A DNA stretch of 64,000 nt, taken from assembly GCA_013265495.1 (NCBI GenBank), contig MU063123.1, positions 4,559,542-4,623,541 of the forward strand, given 5' to 3'. The notes under the pieces were generated by a model. That model was not told the origin of the DNA, made no database searches, and saw nothing but the letters and a program-made list of their open reading frames with translations. Below are positions 35,141-47,740 of this stretch, piece after piece (the first letter of the stretch is position 1; each line of letters starts with the position of its first letter). This DNA is from Vicugna vicugna. Taxonomy: Eukaryota. Both the position numbers and the translations under genes were made by a program.

Positions 35141-36654
35141 CACCTCCTTCCAGCCTTTCATTGTTTTTGAGTCTTTTTACACTCTAAGTTGTAGATAACT
35201 GTAGCAATGCAAAATGATTTTCCTATATACAAATTAATCCTGTCCAATGGAGGGGACACACGTTTATTTTATATTTGTATGAGAGTCCTTATTTACTCTT
35301 TTAAGAAAGTATCTTTTAACAGACATTTTGTGGACAGGCCCTGCTATGTCATATGCACATTATCGGCTCTTAGTGGGTGATGGCGAAATAAATAAAATGG
35401 GTGAGAAGTATTCAAAGATCTCCTTGGATAAGAAAACACATTTTTTTCTTGGATAAGAGAAGGCTACTGGGCACTTGGTACTAACTTCAAGTGTTTACAG
35501 GACTGTCCTGGAGAAGAGGAAGTGTATTCATTCTTTGTTGCTCCACAGGGAGGATTAGGACTAGGACTAGTGATGGACTTAAAGGGGCACAGATTTTAGT
35601 TATACATAAAAAAAAAATTATATTGTGGCTGGAGGTGTGCCACGTTGAATGGGCTGCCTTGTGAGGGTGAGAATACAGCATCACTGGTTGTGTTCAAGGA
35701 GTCAGGGGCTCCCCAACTTGGTTGAGCATCAGAATCCCTTGGAGAGTGTGTTCAAAATACAGATTCTGGGCTCTGCAACCAAGATGCTGGTTCACTAGAA
35801 GAGAAAGTGTTTGGTCTTTAATCATTGATAGTCAGCCAGTTTGGGGCCCTACTGCCAGAGGAGCCTGTAGAGCTGGAGGCTGGTGACCTCTGGGGTCCTT
35901 TCATAGCCAAAGATTCCATGGCTTGAGGCTCTTCTGGCAGGTGGTATGAGCCAGCCCTATAGGTACATTTCCATCATCATCAGGGTGTTAGATTCCTCTT
36001 AGCTTTAAAGTCAACACTGGCCTTGTTCTTGAGGGCCATGCACCCATTTTATAAAGGGGGACTGCATCTGAAGGAACTTGTTAATTCTCTGCCCCTTAGA
36101 ATCTTTTGGGGACTGCCTATCGCTCCTTACTTTCTAAATTTCCCAGATAGAAGAAAGAGTCATAGTACATGTGAATTGCATTGGCAACCACAGGTATTTA
36201 TTCAGATTTAAGAACTGAGCCCTTTGCACCAAGTGCTTCAGTAGTGGAATTCCCAGGCACCCCACATCCATGGAATCAGCCAATATTTGGGTTTGGTTTT
36301 GTCTTCACCAGTTTTATTCCTCCTCCCTGTGAATGAAAAATATTGACTGCTATATCAGCAAACAAAGAATGTTACAGCCATCAAGCCATCACATTAGAGC
36401 CACCTCCACCTCCACAGAGCCCTGAGGGAACTCAGGATGGAAACAGGATACTCAGCCACAGCAGCCACCCTTAATGGTGCCCCCTGAGGAGACTCGGGAT
36501 GGGGAAGCACGAGGCACTGGCCCTAGATGGGTGAGGTGCACATCAAAGGAATGATTTCAATGAGCCCAGACTGTTGCATCTTCCTGTACATAGAAAAGCC
36601 TAAATTCCTTAACTTGGGAATATCCGATTTTCTTTAATTAACACTAATCTTTTG

Positions 36655-36824
36655 GGGGTAGGTATAGCTCAGTGGTAGAGCACGTGCTTAGTGTGCATGA
36701 GGTCATAGGTTCAATTCCCAGTACCTCCATTAAATATAGAGACATAAATAAATAGATAAATAAACCTAATTAGCTCCCCTCTAAAAAAGTTAAAATAAAG
36801 TAAAAATTAAAAAAAAAACAACAA
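36655..36824 (+). mobile_element. tRNA-Ala-derived SINE inserted in a solo LTR
   Basis: GGTATAGCTCAGTGGTAGAGCACGTGCTTAG head, AAATAAACCTAATT tail unit; TSD TAATCTTTTG at 36645-36654 and 36825-36834. Confidence 0.88.
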
Positions 36825-37004
36825 TAATCTTTTGATATTCCGACTATCTGTTCTTTGTTGCAAAGACTCATATAGCCTGGCTCCTCTTTTCCCTTTTTGG
36901 AGCAGTCCTTTAGAAGGATCAAAGAGGCTGCCTCCCAGTCTTGAAGTTTTCAGAAAATCCGCCAAATAAAACATACCTCTCAACTTTAAGGTCGTGCATT
37001 TTTT

Positions 37005-37142
37005 TTTGAGTTTTTAAAAAAATTGGGGGTGGTGGAGGAAGGCAGTTAGGTTTATTTATTTTAATGGGGGTACTGGGGACTGAACCTAGGACCTTGTGCA
37101 TGATAGGCACGTATTCTACCACTGAGCTACATACTCTCCCCC
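37005..37142 (-). mobile_element. tRNA-Ala-derived SINE inserted in the same solo LTR, opposite orientation
   Basis: Reverse complement reads GTAGCTCAGTGGTAGAATACGTGCCTATCATGCACAAGGTCCTAGGTTCAGTCCCCAGTACC; 14-bp TSD with 2 mismatches at 36991-37004 and 37145-37158. Confidence 0.85.
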
Positions 37143-37440
37143 TTGTTGTGGATTTTTTAGGCTGACATCCCTCATCTATTCTTGTCCTTGGCCAGGTGTT
37201 TGGTGGCCCATTTCTTACACTCTGCTTGACCAAACTTCAGTCAGATTTCTCTTTCCTACAAGCCCCTCAATGCTGCTTGCCTTCAAGCCTGATGAAACAC
37301 AGAAAAAGTGGACCCTGTGTCCCCCTTATCAGCTTCTGGGAATCTGCTGGCCCTGACATGACCCTTTTCCTGTCAGGCACTTCCCCTTGTTTGTTTGGCT
37401 TCCCCTCCAAAGATTCTGCTTATCTCTGTTGCCCCTATTC

Positions 37441-37490
37441 AAAACAAAACAAAACAAAACAAAACAAAACAAAACAAAACAAAACAAAAC
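37441..37490. repeat. (AAAAC)x10 microsatellite
   Basis: Read directly. Confidence 0.97.
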
Positions 37491-37494
37491 ACCC

Positions 37495-37969
37495 AGTCGA
37501 CTGAAATAAATGCGCAGCCTAAAAGTTGAGAGTTATGTTTTATTTGGCGGGAGGATGCGAGCCGGGATGACAGCCTCTCAGATATCTCTGAGGGGCTGCT
37601 CCAAAGAGGTCTGGGAGGAGCTAGGATATATAGGAGCTTTACAACACAGGCCAGGTAGTTGGAACAATAAAAGATTGCTTGTTATCTAAAGAAACCCAGG
37701 CATCTCAAGTTAAAGAATTTAGTGCTTTTCTATGTATGGGAGGAAGCAAACATTTGAGCTCATTGAATTCATTCCTTTGACAAGCACCCAGCTATCTAGG
37801 GCCAGTATCCTGTCCTTTCTTATTCTGAGTCCACTCGGAGGGCACCATTGTGAGTGGCTGCAGAGGCTGGGCTGCAGGCCTGTCCTCACTGGGGGGGAGG
37901 CAGCAGCCGCTGAGGACTTGGTTTCAGCATTCTTTGTTTACTGATATGGTTGCAGTATTTTCGTTCACA
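37495..37969 (-). mobile_element. Solo ERV1-type LTR (475 bp), same family as the 36328 LTR, inverted
   Basis: Reverse complement begins TGTGAACGAAAATACTGCAACCATATCAGTAAACAAAGAATG, versus TGTGAATGAAAAATATTGACTGCTATATCAGCAAACAAAGAATG at 36328; exact TSD ACCC at 37491-37494 and 37970-37973. Confidence 0.85.
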
Positions 37970-39012
37970 ACCCAAATCATTTTCTGTTTGGTTTTGAGAC
38001 ACTTGCAGCTTTCTGAAACTGGAGAACTCTCTCTATTGTAACAGCCTTTCTTTCTGATTAGTCTTCCCCACCTAAGTCTGGATGTGTTTTTACTTGACCT
38101 CTTCCATCTCCAGTTTACACTGCCCAATGGACAGTACCATTGCCACCACCAGGCTCTGGATGAAGTGGGGGACACAGGTATTCATTTCTAGCTCATGGGT
38201 TTCAGGTGCAAGGGTTTTATCAAATCATCACAGTTGGGAACAGAGGACAGAGACAACTCACCCTGGAAGCTGTTAATTTCCTTCGCTGTCCGATTTCCAT
38301 GGGGCCCACCCAGATTTCTTCTGAGCTCTGGGCTCTTGGGAGAAAGCCTGTCCACCTGTCCAGGGTGGCCGAGCAGCGGAGTGCTCAGACTTCTCCTCTA
38401 GCCAGTCTCCTCGAGGACAGCCCACCCGAGGGAAGCACCTCCTCCCAGGCGAGTGTCTAAGGTTCCCCTCCCCAGTCCTCTCCGTGGCAAAGGACTGGGC
38501 AGACCAGCCCTAACAGAAGCTTCGTGCAGCCCTTGGCAGAAGAACCTCCTGGTCACCCTGGACTGCCTCCTCCGGCCCAGACAACGGCCTCTTCTATGTG
38601 GCCCTAATCGGTTGATACTCCAGCCTTCAGGGTGTCTGCACATAGGGCTCTGCTCACCAAGGAACTCGGCCGTCGTGAGCTACTCAAATCACTTGTGGTT
38701 ACACACGATGATGAGCGCCCCTGCCACTGGACAAGCTCCAGTTTTTTAAACCTGAGAAAACACTGCTCTTTATACTCTTCGAGGCCTCTCACATGATACT
38801 ATCTTGCTGGATCCGCCAGCATCTCATCTCTCTGACCACACCATCCCTTTCACAGGAACACACCAGTGTAGACAGACACATACTCCATTGGTCTTAAGGT
38901 GGAGAACCTTCCTGCAGTGAGTCACCCACCCTTGAGATCAGTGGGTGAGTCAGAGCAGCTGGGATTACCCAAAGCTGCCTGGGGGTGGGCCACGGCCCTG
39001 TGTGCCAGCAGT

Positions 39013-39031
39013 TGTGTGTGTGTGTGTGTGT

Positions 39032-39065
<34 letters not shown>
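39013..39065. repeat. Compound (TG)n(AG)n microsatellite
   Basis: Read directly. Confidence 0.95.
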
Positions 39066-39068
<3 letters not shown>

Positions 39069-41781
39069 AATGTGTCTGTCTTAGAGGGCCACAGCAAGGT
39101 AATCTTTTTTTGCAGCATTTTTTTTGTTTAGATTATTTTCTCTAAATAAGACATCCGGGTCATGCAAACTCCACGACCCAGGATGCTTGAGGTGTCAGAG
39201 GTATGATCTGCAGGTCCCAGAGATACTCTTCCAAGCCACCTTCTTAACTGAGCCCCTCCACAGGCCAGGCTGAGCTTCACCATTGGTCAAAGGAGATCTT
39301 ATTTCCTCATTTCATAGATAAGGAAACCAAGGCCCAGCAAAGTGGCAGCTGATGAAATGTGTGCTAGAGGGCGCCTGGCCCTGATGCCTGGGGCCAAAGT
39401 CCTGTCCACCCTCTTCCTGGCCTAGGAGGGCAAAGCAGGTGACAGGGGGCCTGCCTCATCCCTAGGGCTGAGGTTGAGGAAAAGCCGGTTCTGCCTTCAC
39501 CTCCATCTCTCAGGCCTGTGATCAGAATCCAAAAAAGAGCAAGGGGAATACGAATTCCACAGTGTTGTAACAAATGGCTCTGTTTTAGAGGTTTCTCCCT
39601 TCTGGAGTGGTTACAGACCTCATTCCCTCCTCCTGACTATAGCGAGAAGGCTGGAGGGCCTGCTGGATTCCACCAAGAAGAGGGGGATGGGAAGGGCCGT
39701 CCCTGGCGCTGCAACAGATGAGAGGTGCTGGGAGTAGGAGGAGAGAGGAAAACTCCAGAAAGAGAGCTTCAAAAAGCGCAGTTTCCTGGGCCCTTTGATG
39801 ACTTTACCCGTCAGCTGGAGCTCAGGATATTATATCTGACTCTTGCCAAGAGGCCAGAGAGAGGCAGGGCTGCTGCCCCTCACCCACCGAACACCATCTC
39901 TGGGAGCAGTTTTCATAGAAGGGTCCCCTGGCGACAGCTTGGCTAATAATAAGTCACATCTTTCCTTTGTGGGATCCTTTGCAATTTTCAAACCCCTAGC
40001 CCTCAATTCCCTCAGATCTTCAAATGGGGAAGTAATATCTACTCTGCAGAGTTCACAGAGTTGTTTGTAAGCATCAAATCACAACGTGTGTGAGATGGCT
40101 GGGGCTGGATCACCTGGGGTACAGCCCCGCACACCTTTTGTCTAAAGGCCAGGGAGTCCTTGACGCGTGGGGAGCAACTCCTCCGTTTTCCCACTGCCCG
40201 CTGCAGGGAGCCAACCCAGGGCAGCGTGTTCCTCCTCCAAAGGAAGTAATAAGCTCAAGTGTCTGCGCCACGGGTGCCAGGAAAGGCTCTGGCCCACCAA
40301 TGATTTCCAGTAGCAGAACCCCAAACTACCCCCCAATTAGGTTTCTAAGTAGAACAGGGGGCTTACTAAGCAAAAGGCAAAAGCCTTAAGACCAGCTCCA
40401 AAGCACCTGGCTTCATTACCATCAACATTTTCAGTCCCAAGTCCTTCCCACATAGAATTTCTAGAACTGTTCCATATATGTGCTCAAATTCACAAGGTGA
40501 GAAGGCCAAAGTGGCACTCGGCCCCCTCTGCCTTCCTGCGTTTGCGGTCTTGGTGGTCGCTGTGCAATTTGCACTCTACCCCGACCCCTGCCAGATGCAG
40601 CAGAAACCAGTTTCCCCAGGACTGTTAGCTGCAGCTGGAAAATGGTAAGACTCACCCATATTTATTCACATTGTGATTTAGGTAACCGCATTTTGAGAAG
40701 CATGGCTCTATCTGTCTCTTTATTTCATTACTTCCTCCAATTCTATTCCTTTTCTCAGCCAATCAGTTAACAGGCTTGTTATCAGGGGATGAAATCGAAA
40801 CTAATAATGACTGTGGCCCCCGACACCCACTCATTGAACGGAAGGAGGTGCTGGCTCTGGTTGAGTTAGGTGGTGATTCTATAGTGTGTCGATTGGGGCG
40901 GGGAGGGATCCGGGGGTTGCAGAGAGAGGACTAGGGGGCCAGGGTGCTGGAACAGTGAGGGCACGTGGCGGGGACTGGGGCAGCCAACTGGCAATCCTGC
41001 TGGGACACAGGACAGCCACCCAACCCTGTCACCCAGTCCCTCTGGGTCTCCGCATTTTCTGCACTCTTACATTTGTTGTCTGGCAGTTTGGACACGTGTT
41101 GGTATTTTTTCTCCTCGGTGCAATGTTGTATTCTACCTGGGCTCAGGCACTACTCTCCTGCTGTTATTTTTTACCTTCTCCCTCGTTCAGGCACAGGGCT
41201 CAGTCTAGTGGCATCTTGTTCTTAGTGTGATCCAGATTACCCCCGTGACCTAGATTCCAGGAACCCTTCCGTTTCCCTTCCCTCTTTGGTCTTCCAGTAA
41301 CATAATGCCTCCAACTGACCATGACTCGGTGGCAAAACCAGGAACTCGACTGTGGATCTGAAGCAAGTGTCAGTTCTGGTGCCTCAGTTTTCCCGTCTGT
41401 AAAATAGGGATGATGACATCAGCAGTGTTAACAAAGGACTCTGTTAGGCGCAAAGATGGGAGGAGACTTATAAATATAGCTTGGGTTGTTGATAAAAATC
41501 AAGTGAGGCCTTGGGACTTTCATTCTGTACAACGAGGCCCTGGATGCTCTATAATTATTCAAGTGTTTCATGTTTTGAGATCCAAGGTTGGATGGAAATT
41601 TAGAGGTCTTCTCATTCAGTGTTTATCACACTTTACTTAGCAGATCATAAGTTCCACGAGACACTAATGGATGTTCTGTGGTGCGTGTGGGTGTGAGTGT
41701 GTGGTCGTTAGCTTTCAGCAATCAAGTAAGTTTGACAAACACTTCAAATTATGTTCCCCTCTTAAGAATTATAATATATAT

Positions 41782-41931
41782 GGAGGGAAGGTATAGCTCA
41801 GCCGTAGAGTGTGTGCTTAGCATGCAGGAGGTCCTGGGTTCAATCCCCAGTACCTCATTAAAAAAAATAATGAATAAATAAACCTAATTACCACTCCCCA
41901 AAAAAACTGAATTAAAAAGACAAACAAACAA
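41782..41931 (+). mobile_element. tRNA-Ala-derived SINE
   Basis: GGTATAGCTCAG...GCTTAGCATGCAGGAGGTCCTGGGTTCAATCCCCAGTACC; 18-bp TSD with 2 mismatches at 41764-41781 and 41932-41949. Confidence 0.88.
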
Positions 41932-42997
41932 AAGAATCATAATGTATATTATTACATTAAAGGCTCAGGCAAGTCCTGTAGCAAGAATTCTGTTTCACCT
42001 AGTCTGTCAATTTGGGTCCCCCAGGAAGCAAAGGCCAACACAAAGTTAGGAATGCAAGAGACTGACCAGGGGTAATGCCAGGGAAAGATAAGGGGGAGAA
42101 GGAGCAGAGGAGGTGGGGGAGCCTTCGGACCACAGTGCAGATCTAACACGTGGGAAGAGAGAGAGAAGGAAAGACAATGGGGTAGAAGGGCCAGCAGTGC
42201 CACCTGAGAAAGTCCCAGCCAACCTGCTGGGGACTCCCAAGCAAAGCTGGCCCATTAGAGGTCAGCTGTGGGCAGAAGTGGCCAGCCCAGTGCCTCTGCT
42301 GGGTTCTCACCAGCCGGAGCAGCCTGGGGAGAGCTTGTCTTCATCTTGAATGCTCTGCAGATATTTTTTTAAATCTAATTCTCACAATAACCCCATGAGA
42401 TGGGTCTTGCTGTTTCTTCCACATATACAGATGAGGAAACTGAGCACCAAGAGTTTCAGTGCCCTCCCCGGGGTCATCCAGCCAGTGAGTAGTGTGCAGT
42501 TGGAATTTGAATGTAAGGCTGCATTTGGGAACCCCTGCCTTAGACACGGGGCAATCTGGTTGGCAGAGCAAATGCCCCTTATTCATCAGCCAGCCGCAGA
42601 CTGCTGGGGCCACAGTCACCGATGGCTTCCCAGATCCTCAATCCAGCGAAGGCTTCTCCAGTCCTACCTTACGTGGTCTGTTTTCTGCAGCTGCACCGTT
42701 GTTCTTTCTCTCTTCCCTCTGCTTCTGTGGATGCCTCCCTCTGCTAGTTTTTCTCCCAGCTCTCTGGTTGTTGTTTCTCAGTCTCCTTCACCAGCTCCTC
42801 CTTCTCTGTCTGTACCCTTTGCGTAGGTTAATCTGGCTTTTTCTGCCTCAAAACCTTTCTGGTTTAACATCTCCTCTGCTTCCAGCTTCTAATCACTGGG
42901 GTCACTTGCAAATGCAGCCAGCGCTGGGGGCAGAATAATCAGGATGTTTCCACTGCCTGAGCTGTCTTCTCCACTGGGAGGTGGTTAGTTGGTTTTC

Positions 42998-43001
<4 letters not shown>

Positions 43002-43044
<43 letters not shown>
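43002..43044. repeat. (CA)n microsatellite, about 21 units
   Basis: Read directly. Confidence 0.95.
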
Positions 43045-43046
<2 letters not shown>

Positions 43047-45151
43047 TCTATGACCCTAGAATATTTACTTTTTAGAATACTAATTTGGGCTTCCAGGCAC
43101 AGCTAATGAAGCTTAATGGTGCCCAAGTCGTTTTCCATATGATTTAGAACCTAAATTTCCATATGATTCAAAACTTGGAAAGACATTTCTTCGCATCAGT
43201 TTTTTCTGAGGATGAGCTGGTCAGCCACCAAGCCCAAGCCAGGCTGTTATCACCTGAGTGTTGGGCCCCGGGGCTCTTCCTTGGCCCAGAGACAGACTCT
43301 CCCCAGCAGCTCCCAAGAGAGGGCGTGGAGATCCTGCCTGGGGCCAAATAAGGGAATATTACAAAAGGGGCCTCAGAGTGGAGACTGGGTCTGAATCACG
43401 GCTTAGTGATGTGGCCACACAGCATCTGACTCAGAGCATGGAGAGTCTTCAGCTCCTCATGGTGAGAATGAGGATAACAAAGGCAACAACGGGCTTAGAG
43501 GCAGAGAAGAGGGCAGGACCATCCGCTCTCATCTGATCACTGCAGATGAGAGGCCGAGGCCCGGGAAGGGCTGTGACAGCCCAAGTCCCGCAGCCCTAAG
43601 GGAGGGCTGGAGCCCGCTCCGCAGGCGATGCCAGCCTCTGCCCCGTCACTCCACTCTGGCCATGTGATGCTGGGACGGCCTCGGCTTCCTGACTCAGACT
43701 CAGAAGGGAGTGTCTTGGAGGAATTTATTCCACCCAAGCAGTGTAGGGACTGACCAAGTCACATCAAGACATAGGTGCTCTCCAGTGTAAATTCTGTGAT
43801 GTAGGTTTGAATATAAATAAAAAAACATAATAGTGAATAATTAGAGCTGTTAACTTAGCCCCTTTTATATAACTTCTGTTACAGCACGTACAACCAGGTG
43901 CTGTACACGTTCACGGGTCTGACTGCCTGCTGGCCTGTAAGTTCCTAAGGTGGAGGACTGCATCTTTCTTACTTACCTCGTGATCCCGGCACGGTACCTG
44001 GCACCTGGTGTGTCCTTGGTGAAGATCTACTGACTGAAGGATCAGAGACACAGGCTCACCCAAGGCAAAGCTTGTTGGTGTCTTCAGTGTCCCTGTCATG
44101 GATGTAGAGGGAGGGAATGCTATTTAGGGCCCTGTGTCCTGCGAAAGGGGACTGAGAGTTTTTAGGAGCCCAGATTTAATACCCATGAGGATTGTTTCAG
44201 ATGTCAGGGCCAATTATAAGGTAATGGAACCACAGAGACCCAGAGACCTCTCTTGGCCTCTCTGAGAATTCGTGCAGGGGGATAGGAGTAGGTGGGTAGG
44301 AAGAGGGGGTGGTAAAGAGAGGGGCCCAGAGGTGAGCCTGGGAGGTGGGGAGGGGCCAGCTCCTCTGCAGGGCCTTGTAAGGGCATCGAGGGAGTCACTG
44401 AAAGGTTAAGGATGTAAGTGTCGTCAAGTTAAGGAGGTGAGGCTGGGCGGGGAAGGGGCAGGGATCTGGTGGAGAGGACCCCTGGGCCCCACCGCAGGTT
44501 TGCCAGGGGCACTGAAGGCCCCTTCCAGAAGCAGAACTCTGCAGGACTGCAGACCCCTACCTCTCAGTTCCTAGAGCTTGCTCACCCCTCAGAGGCAGGC
44601 CCTGACGGAAAAGTACTTGGCTTTTTAGAAGACAGTAATTCCCAGTGGTTTCTCCTAGTCCATCCTTATTCACAGTGGAACAGCCTGCTCACTCATTTCT
44701 GCACAACAGGCCGGCAGGCTCTCACTGGAGAGAAAATAACCCTTTCCACCCTTTTGTGGAGTTGGGATGATTTCTCTGAGTTTCAGAGAGTTTTAAAGAT
44801 CACCAAGATTTCCTGAACAACAAATATTAACCTGCAGTAAAGCCTTTATACCAAAATAACGCTCTCCATTGTCAGCAAAGGTGGGCGACATCACAGCCAG
44901 TCAGATGCTGAGGGTGAAATAGCGCCTCTGAAAGGCCTCTTTGGTGTTGTGTTGGCTCCACCGCGTGGCAAAATGCAGTATTGTTACTTCAAAGCCATAA
45001 AACCCCCAATCTAGCTGTGGAAAAGGAAATCTCTACCTCTAATTTTCAGCATTAATGACGGAAACTGGCAAAGTGTACTGCTGTGGAGCTCAGGAGGCCA
45101 TGAGTCTAGATCCCAAAACTCTCTGGAGTTTGACACTGAGCCAGTGGTTGA

Positions 45152-45286
45152 NNNNNNNNNNNNNNNNNNNNNNNNNNNNNNNNNNNNNNNNNNNNNNNNN
45201 NNNNNNNNNNNNNNNNNNNNNNNNNNNNNNNNNNNNNNNNNNNNNNNNNNNNNNNNNNNNNNNNNNNNNNNNNNNNNNNNNNNNNN
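45152..45286. other. Assembly gap (about 135 N) next to a degenerate GATT/GATC tetramer tract
   Basis: N run; the right flank reads TGATTGATTGATCCATCGATCCATCC. Confidence 0.98.
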
Positions 45287-45329
45287 TATGGACTGATTGA
45301 TTGATCCATCGATCCATCCGTGTATCTGT

Positions 45330-46530
45330 CATTAGTTGTGGCCAGGTATAATGTGCTAGGTATAATGATGGGCCCTGAGGCTTCAGCCATGAACAAGACA
45401 CAGTACTGTCCTCACAGGGGATACAGACAGGCAGACGGGAAATTACAATTCACACGGCAAACCCTATGGTGGGAAGTGCATTTCTGAGGATCCTCAACCA
45501 GACTTGGGGAATCTTGGAAGGTTACAGAGAGGAAGTAGTAACCAAGCTGAGCTGAGTTCAATTTATGTCAGGGTGAGCGGGTGGGCGAGAGACGCAGGTG
45601 GAAGAAGGGTAGGAAGGGAGAGGTTTCCAAACTGAAGGAGAGATAGTGGGCTGGAGGAACTGAGAGGAGTTTGGAGGAGCTGGCATGTAGGGTGGAGAGG
45701 GGAGACGCAGTGGGAGATGAGGCCAGAGAGGAGAGCAGGGGCCGGAACACACGGGGCTTGGTGAGTTATCTGAAGGGGCTGGGACTCAGACTGAAGGGCT
45801 CACCCAGGGTTTTTAACCTGAATGTGGCACATGGAGGGGAGGTGGGGAGAGGACAGCTAGCAGGCTATTGCAATGATCCAAGGAGGGATGGGGGTAAATG
45901 GACAGGCAGGAGGGTGACTATCGTGATAGAAGTAGACAGGTTGGGAGAGATTTAGGAGACAGAAGGGACAGGACTCTGATTGGAGGTGCTCAGTGCAGGG
46001 TGATGCTCAGGCTCTATCTTCACAAAAAGGCTACTTTCTGAGTAGGGAAGACTGGGGCAGGAGCATGGCAGAGGGAACAGGAAGATGGTGAGTTCCTTTT
46101 AGGACATGTTGAGTTTGAGATGCCACTGGGATATCCAGGTGCAGGAACCCAGTGGACACTTGGAAATATGGGTAGGAGGCTTAGAAGAACAGGACCTGAG
46201 CAGGAGACCAGGCTTAGAGAATCATCAGCATGAGGTGGTCATGGGAGCCATGAGCAAAGATGAACCTGACGGGGGACACTGTGAAGGGTGGCTAGACCAG
46301 AACCCTACACATCACGTGCACGAAAGGAATGGGTGGAGAAAGGGGAGCTGGGAAAGAGATGGAGACCAAGCAACCAGAGAGGCAGAAGGAAAACCAGGAG
46401 AGCCATGTCAATGGACGTGGAGGGAAGGGATGTTTTCAAGAAGAAAAAGTCAATAGTGGATTAGATATCAAGGAAGGTGACTGGGGAGTGGTCCCTGGAC
46501 TTCATCAATCATTAATTGCAGTGGTGGGTC
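45330..46530 (-). mobile_element. L2 relic
   Basis: Purine-rich, with TGTGCTAGG...ATGAACAAGACAC and GGACATGTTGAGTTTGAGATGCC blocks typical of antisense L2. Confidence 0.7.
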
Positions 46531-46589
46531 TGGAGGCCAAAAGGCTCAGGTCCTCCCTATTCTCAGCAAATCTCATTGTCCTGTGTCTT

Positions 46590-47740
46590 GAGCAGCCATT
46601 TCCAAACCTTATCACTTTGCCAACACCAAATGCCTCCACTTCTCTTATATGCGTATAATATGTGTATGCATATATTCATATATATATGTATTTTTTTCTG
46701 AACTGCTTGAGATTCCGTTGCAGACATTGTACCCACTTACCCCTAAATACTTCAGGGTGTAACAAAGTCAGAATACTTAACATTGATTTACTGCTATTAT
46801 CTAATGCACAGTTTACATTCACATTTCATCAGTTTTCCCAGTAATGTCTTTTATAACTTTTATAAGTTTTTTTCCCCCCAGGTAAATGATCCAATCCAGG
46901 GCCATAAAATACATCTAGCTGTTATGTCTTTTTAGCCTTCTTTAATCTAGAACAGTTCTTCAGTCTTGTTTTGTCTTCCATGACCTTGTGATTTTTGAAG
47001 AACAGAGGTTAGTTTGTCCAGTGTCCTTCAGTTTGGATTCGTCTCGTGTTTCCTCATGGTCAGATTCAGGTTATGCATTTTTGGCAACAGCATCATAGAA
47101 GTGATGTAATGTCCTGAGGAGGCACATGATATTGATTTGTCCCATCACTGGAGATGCTAATTCTGATAACTTAATGAAGGTGGCGTCTGCCAGTTTCTCC
47201 ATTGTAAAGTTACTATTTTTTCCCTTTGTAATTAATCATTCATTTCATAGGGAATATTCTGAAGCTATTTAGATATCCTGTTCCTTATCAAACTTTCATT
47301 CACTACTTATAGCAGTCATTGATACCTCGTGCCTGAACCCACCATGACCATGAGTATCACACAATAGTGTTTTTCTCTTTTTATTATTTCTTCTACCTTT
47401 ATTGGCTGACATTCTACTGTTAGGAAGAACTTTCCCTTCTCCTCTAATTATTTCTATAAAGACACGTGAATTCTTATTTAACTCCATGGATTATAATCCA
47501 TTGCTACCATTTATTTTGATGTTCAAATTGCCCCAGATTTGTTTGGCCAGTGGGAATCCCTGTGTCCTTTTAGATGCCCCACCATCCTTCGAGCACTCCT
47601 TTACTGTCTGGCACATAACTGTACCCCACATTCATCTCGTGTGTTTTCTGTCCTAACTCCAGAATCAACCATTTCTTCACTGAGCCTTTGTCCCTTTTAG
47701 TGGAGAACAGTGTTTTGAAACCAAGATCTGGGTGCTTATG
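46590..47740 (-). mobile_element. L1M 3' UTR relic
   Basis: CCCTAAATACTTCAG, CATGACCTTGTGATTTTTGAAG, GTTTTGAAACCAAGATCTGGGTGCT are typical L1MB/L1MC 3' end blocks. Confidence 0.7.

Larger units (their letters stand above)
36328..37167 (+). mobile_element. Solo ERV1-type LTR carrying two SINE insertions
   Basis: Starts TGTGAATGAAAA, ends GCTGACA; exact TSD TCCC at 36324-36327 and 37168-37171; AATAAA at about 36965. Confidence 0.85.

Noticed and set aside
36328-37969. Possible internally deleted provirus bounded by two LTRs
   Set aside because: The LTRs are in opposite orientation with different TSDs, and no PBS, PPT or gag/pol remnant was seen between them.
38200-46600. Upstream alternative first exon of CAPN2 (I recall a human isoform starting roughly 10 kb upstream)
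   Set aside because: I could not identify a minus-strand exon with a convincing donor by eye; this needs spliced alignment or RNA-seq.
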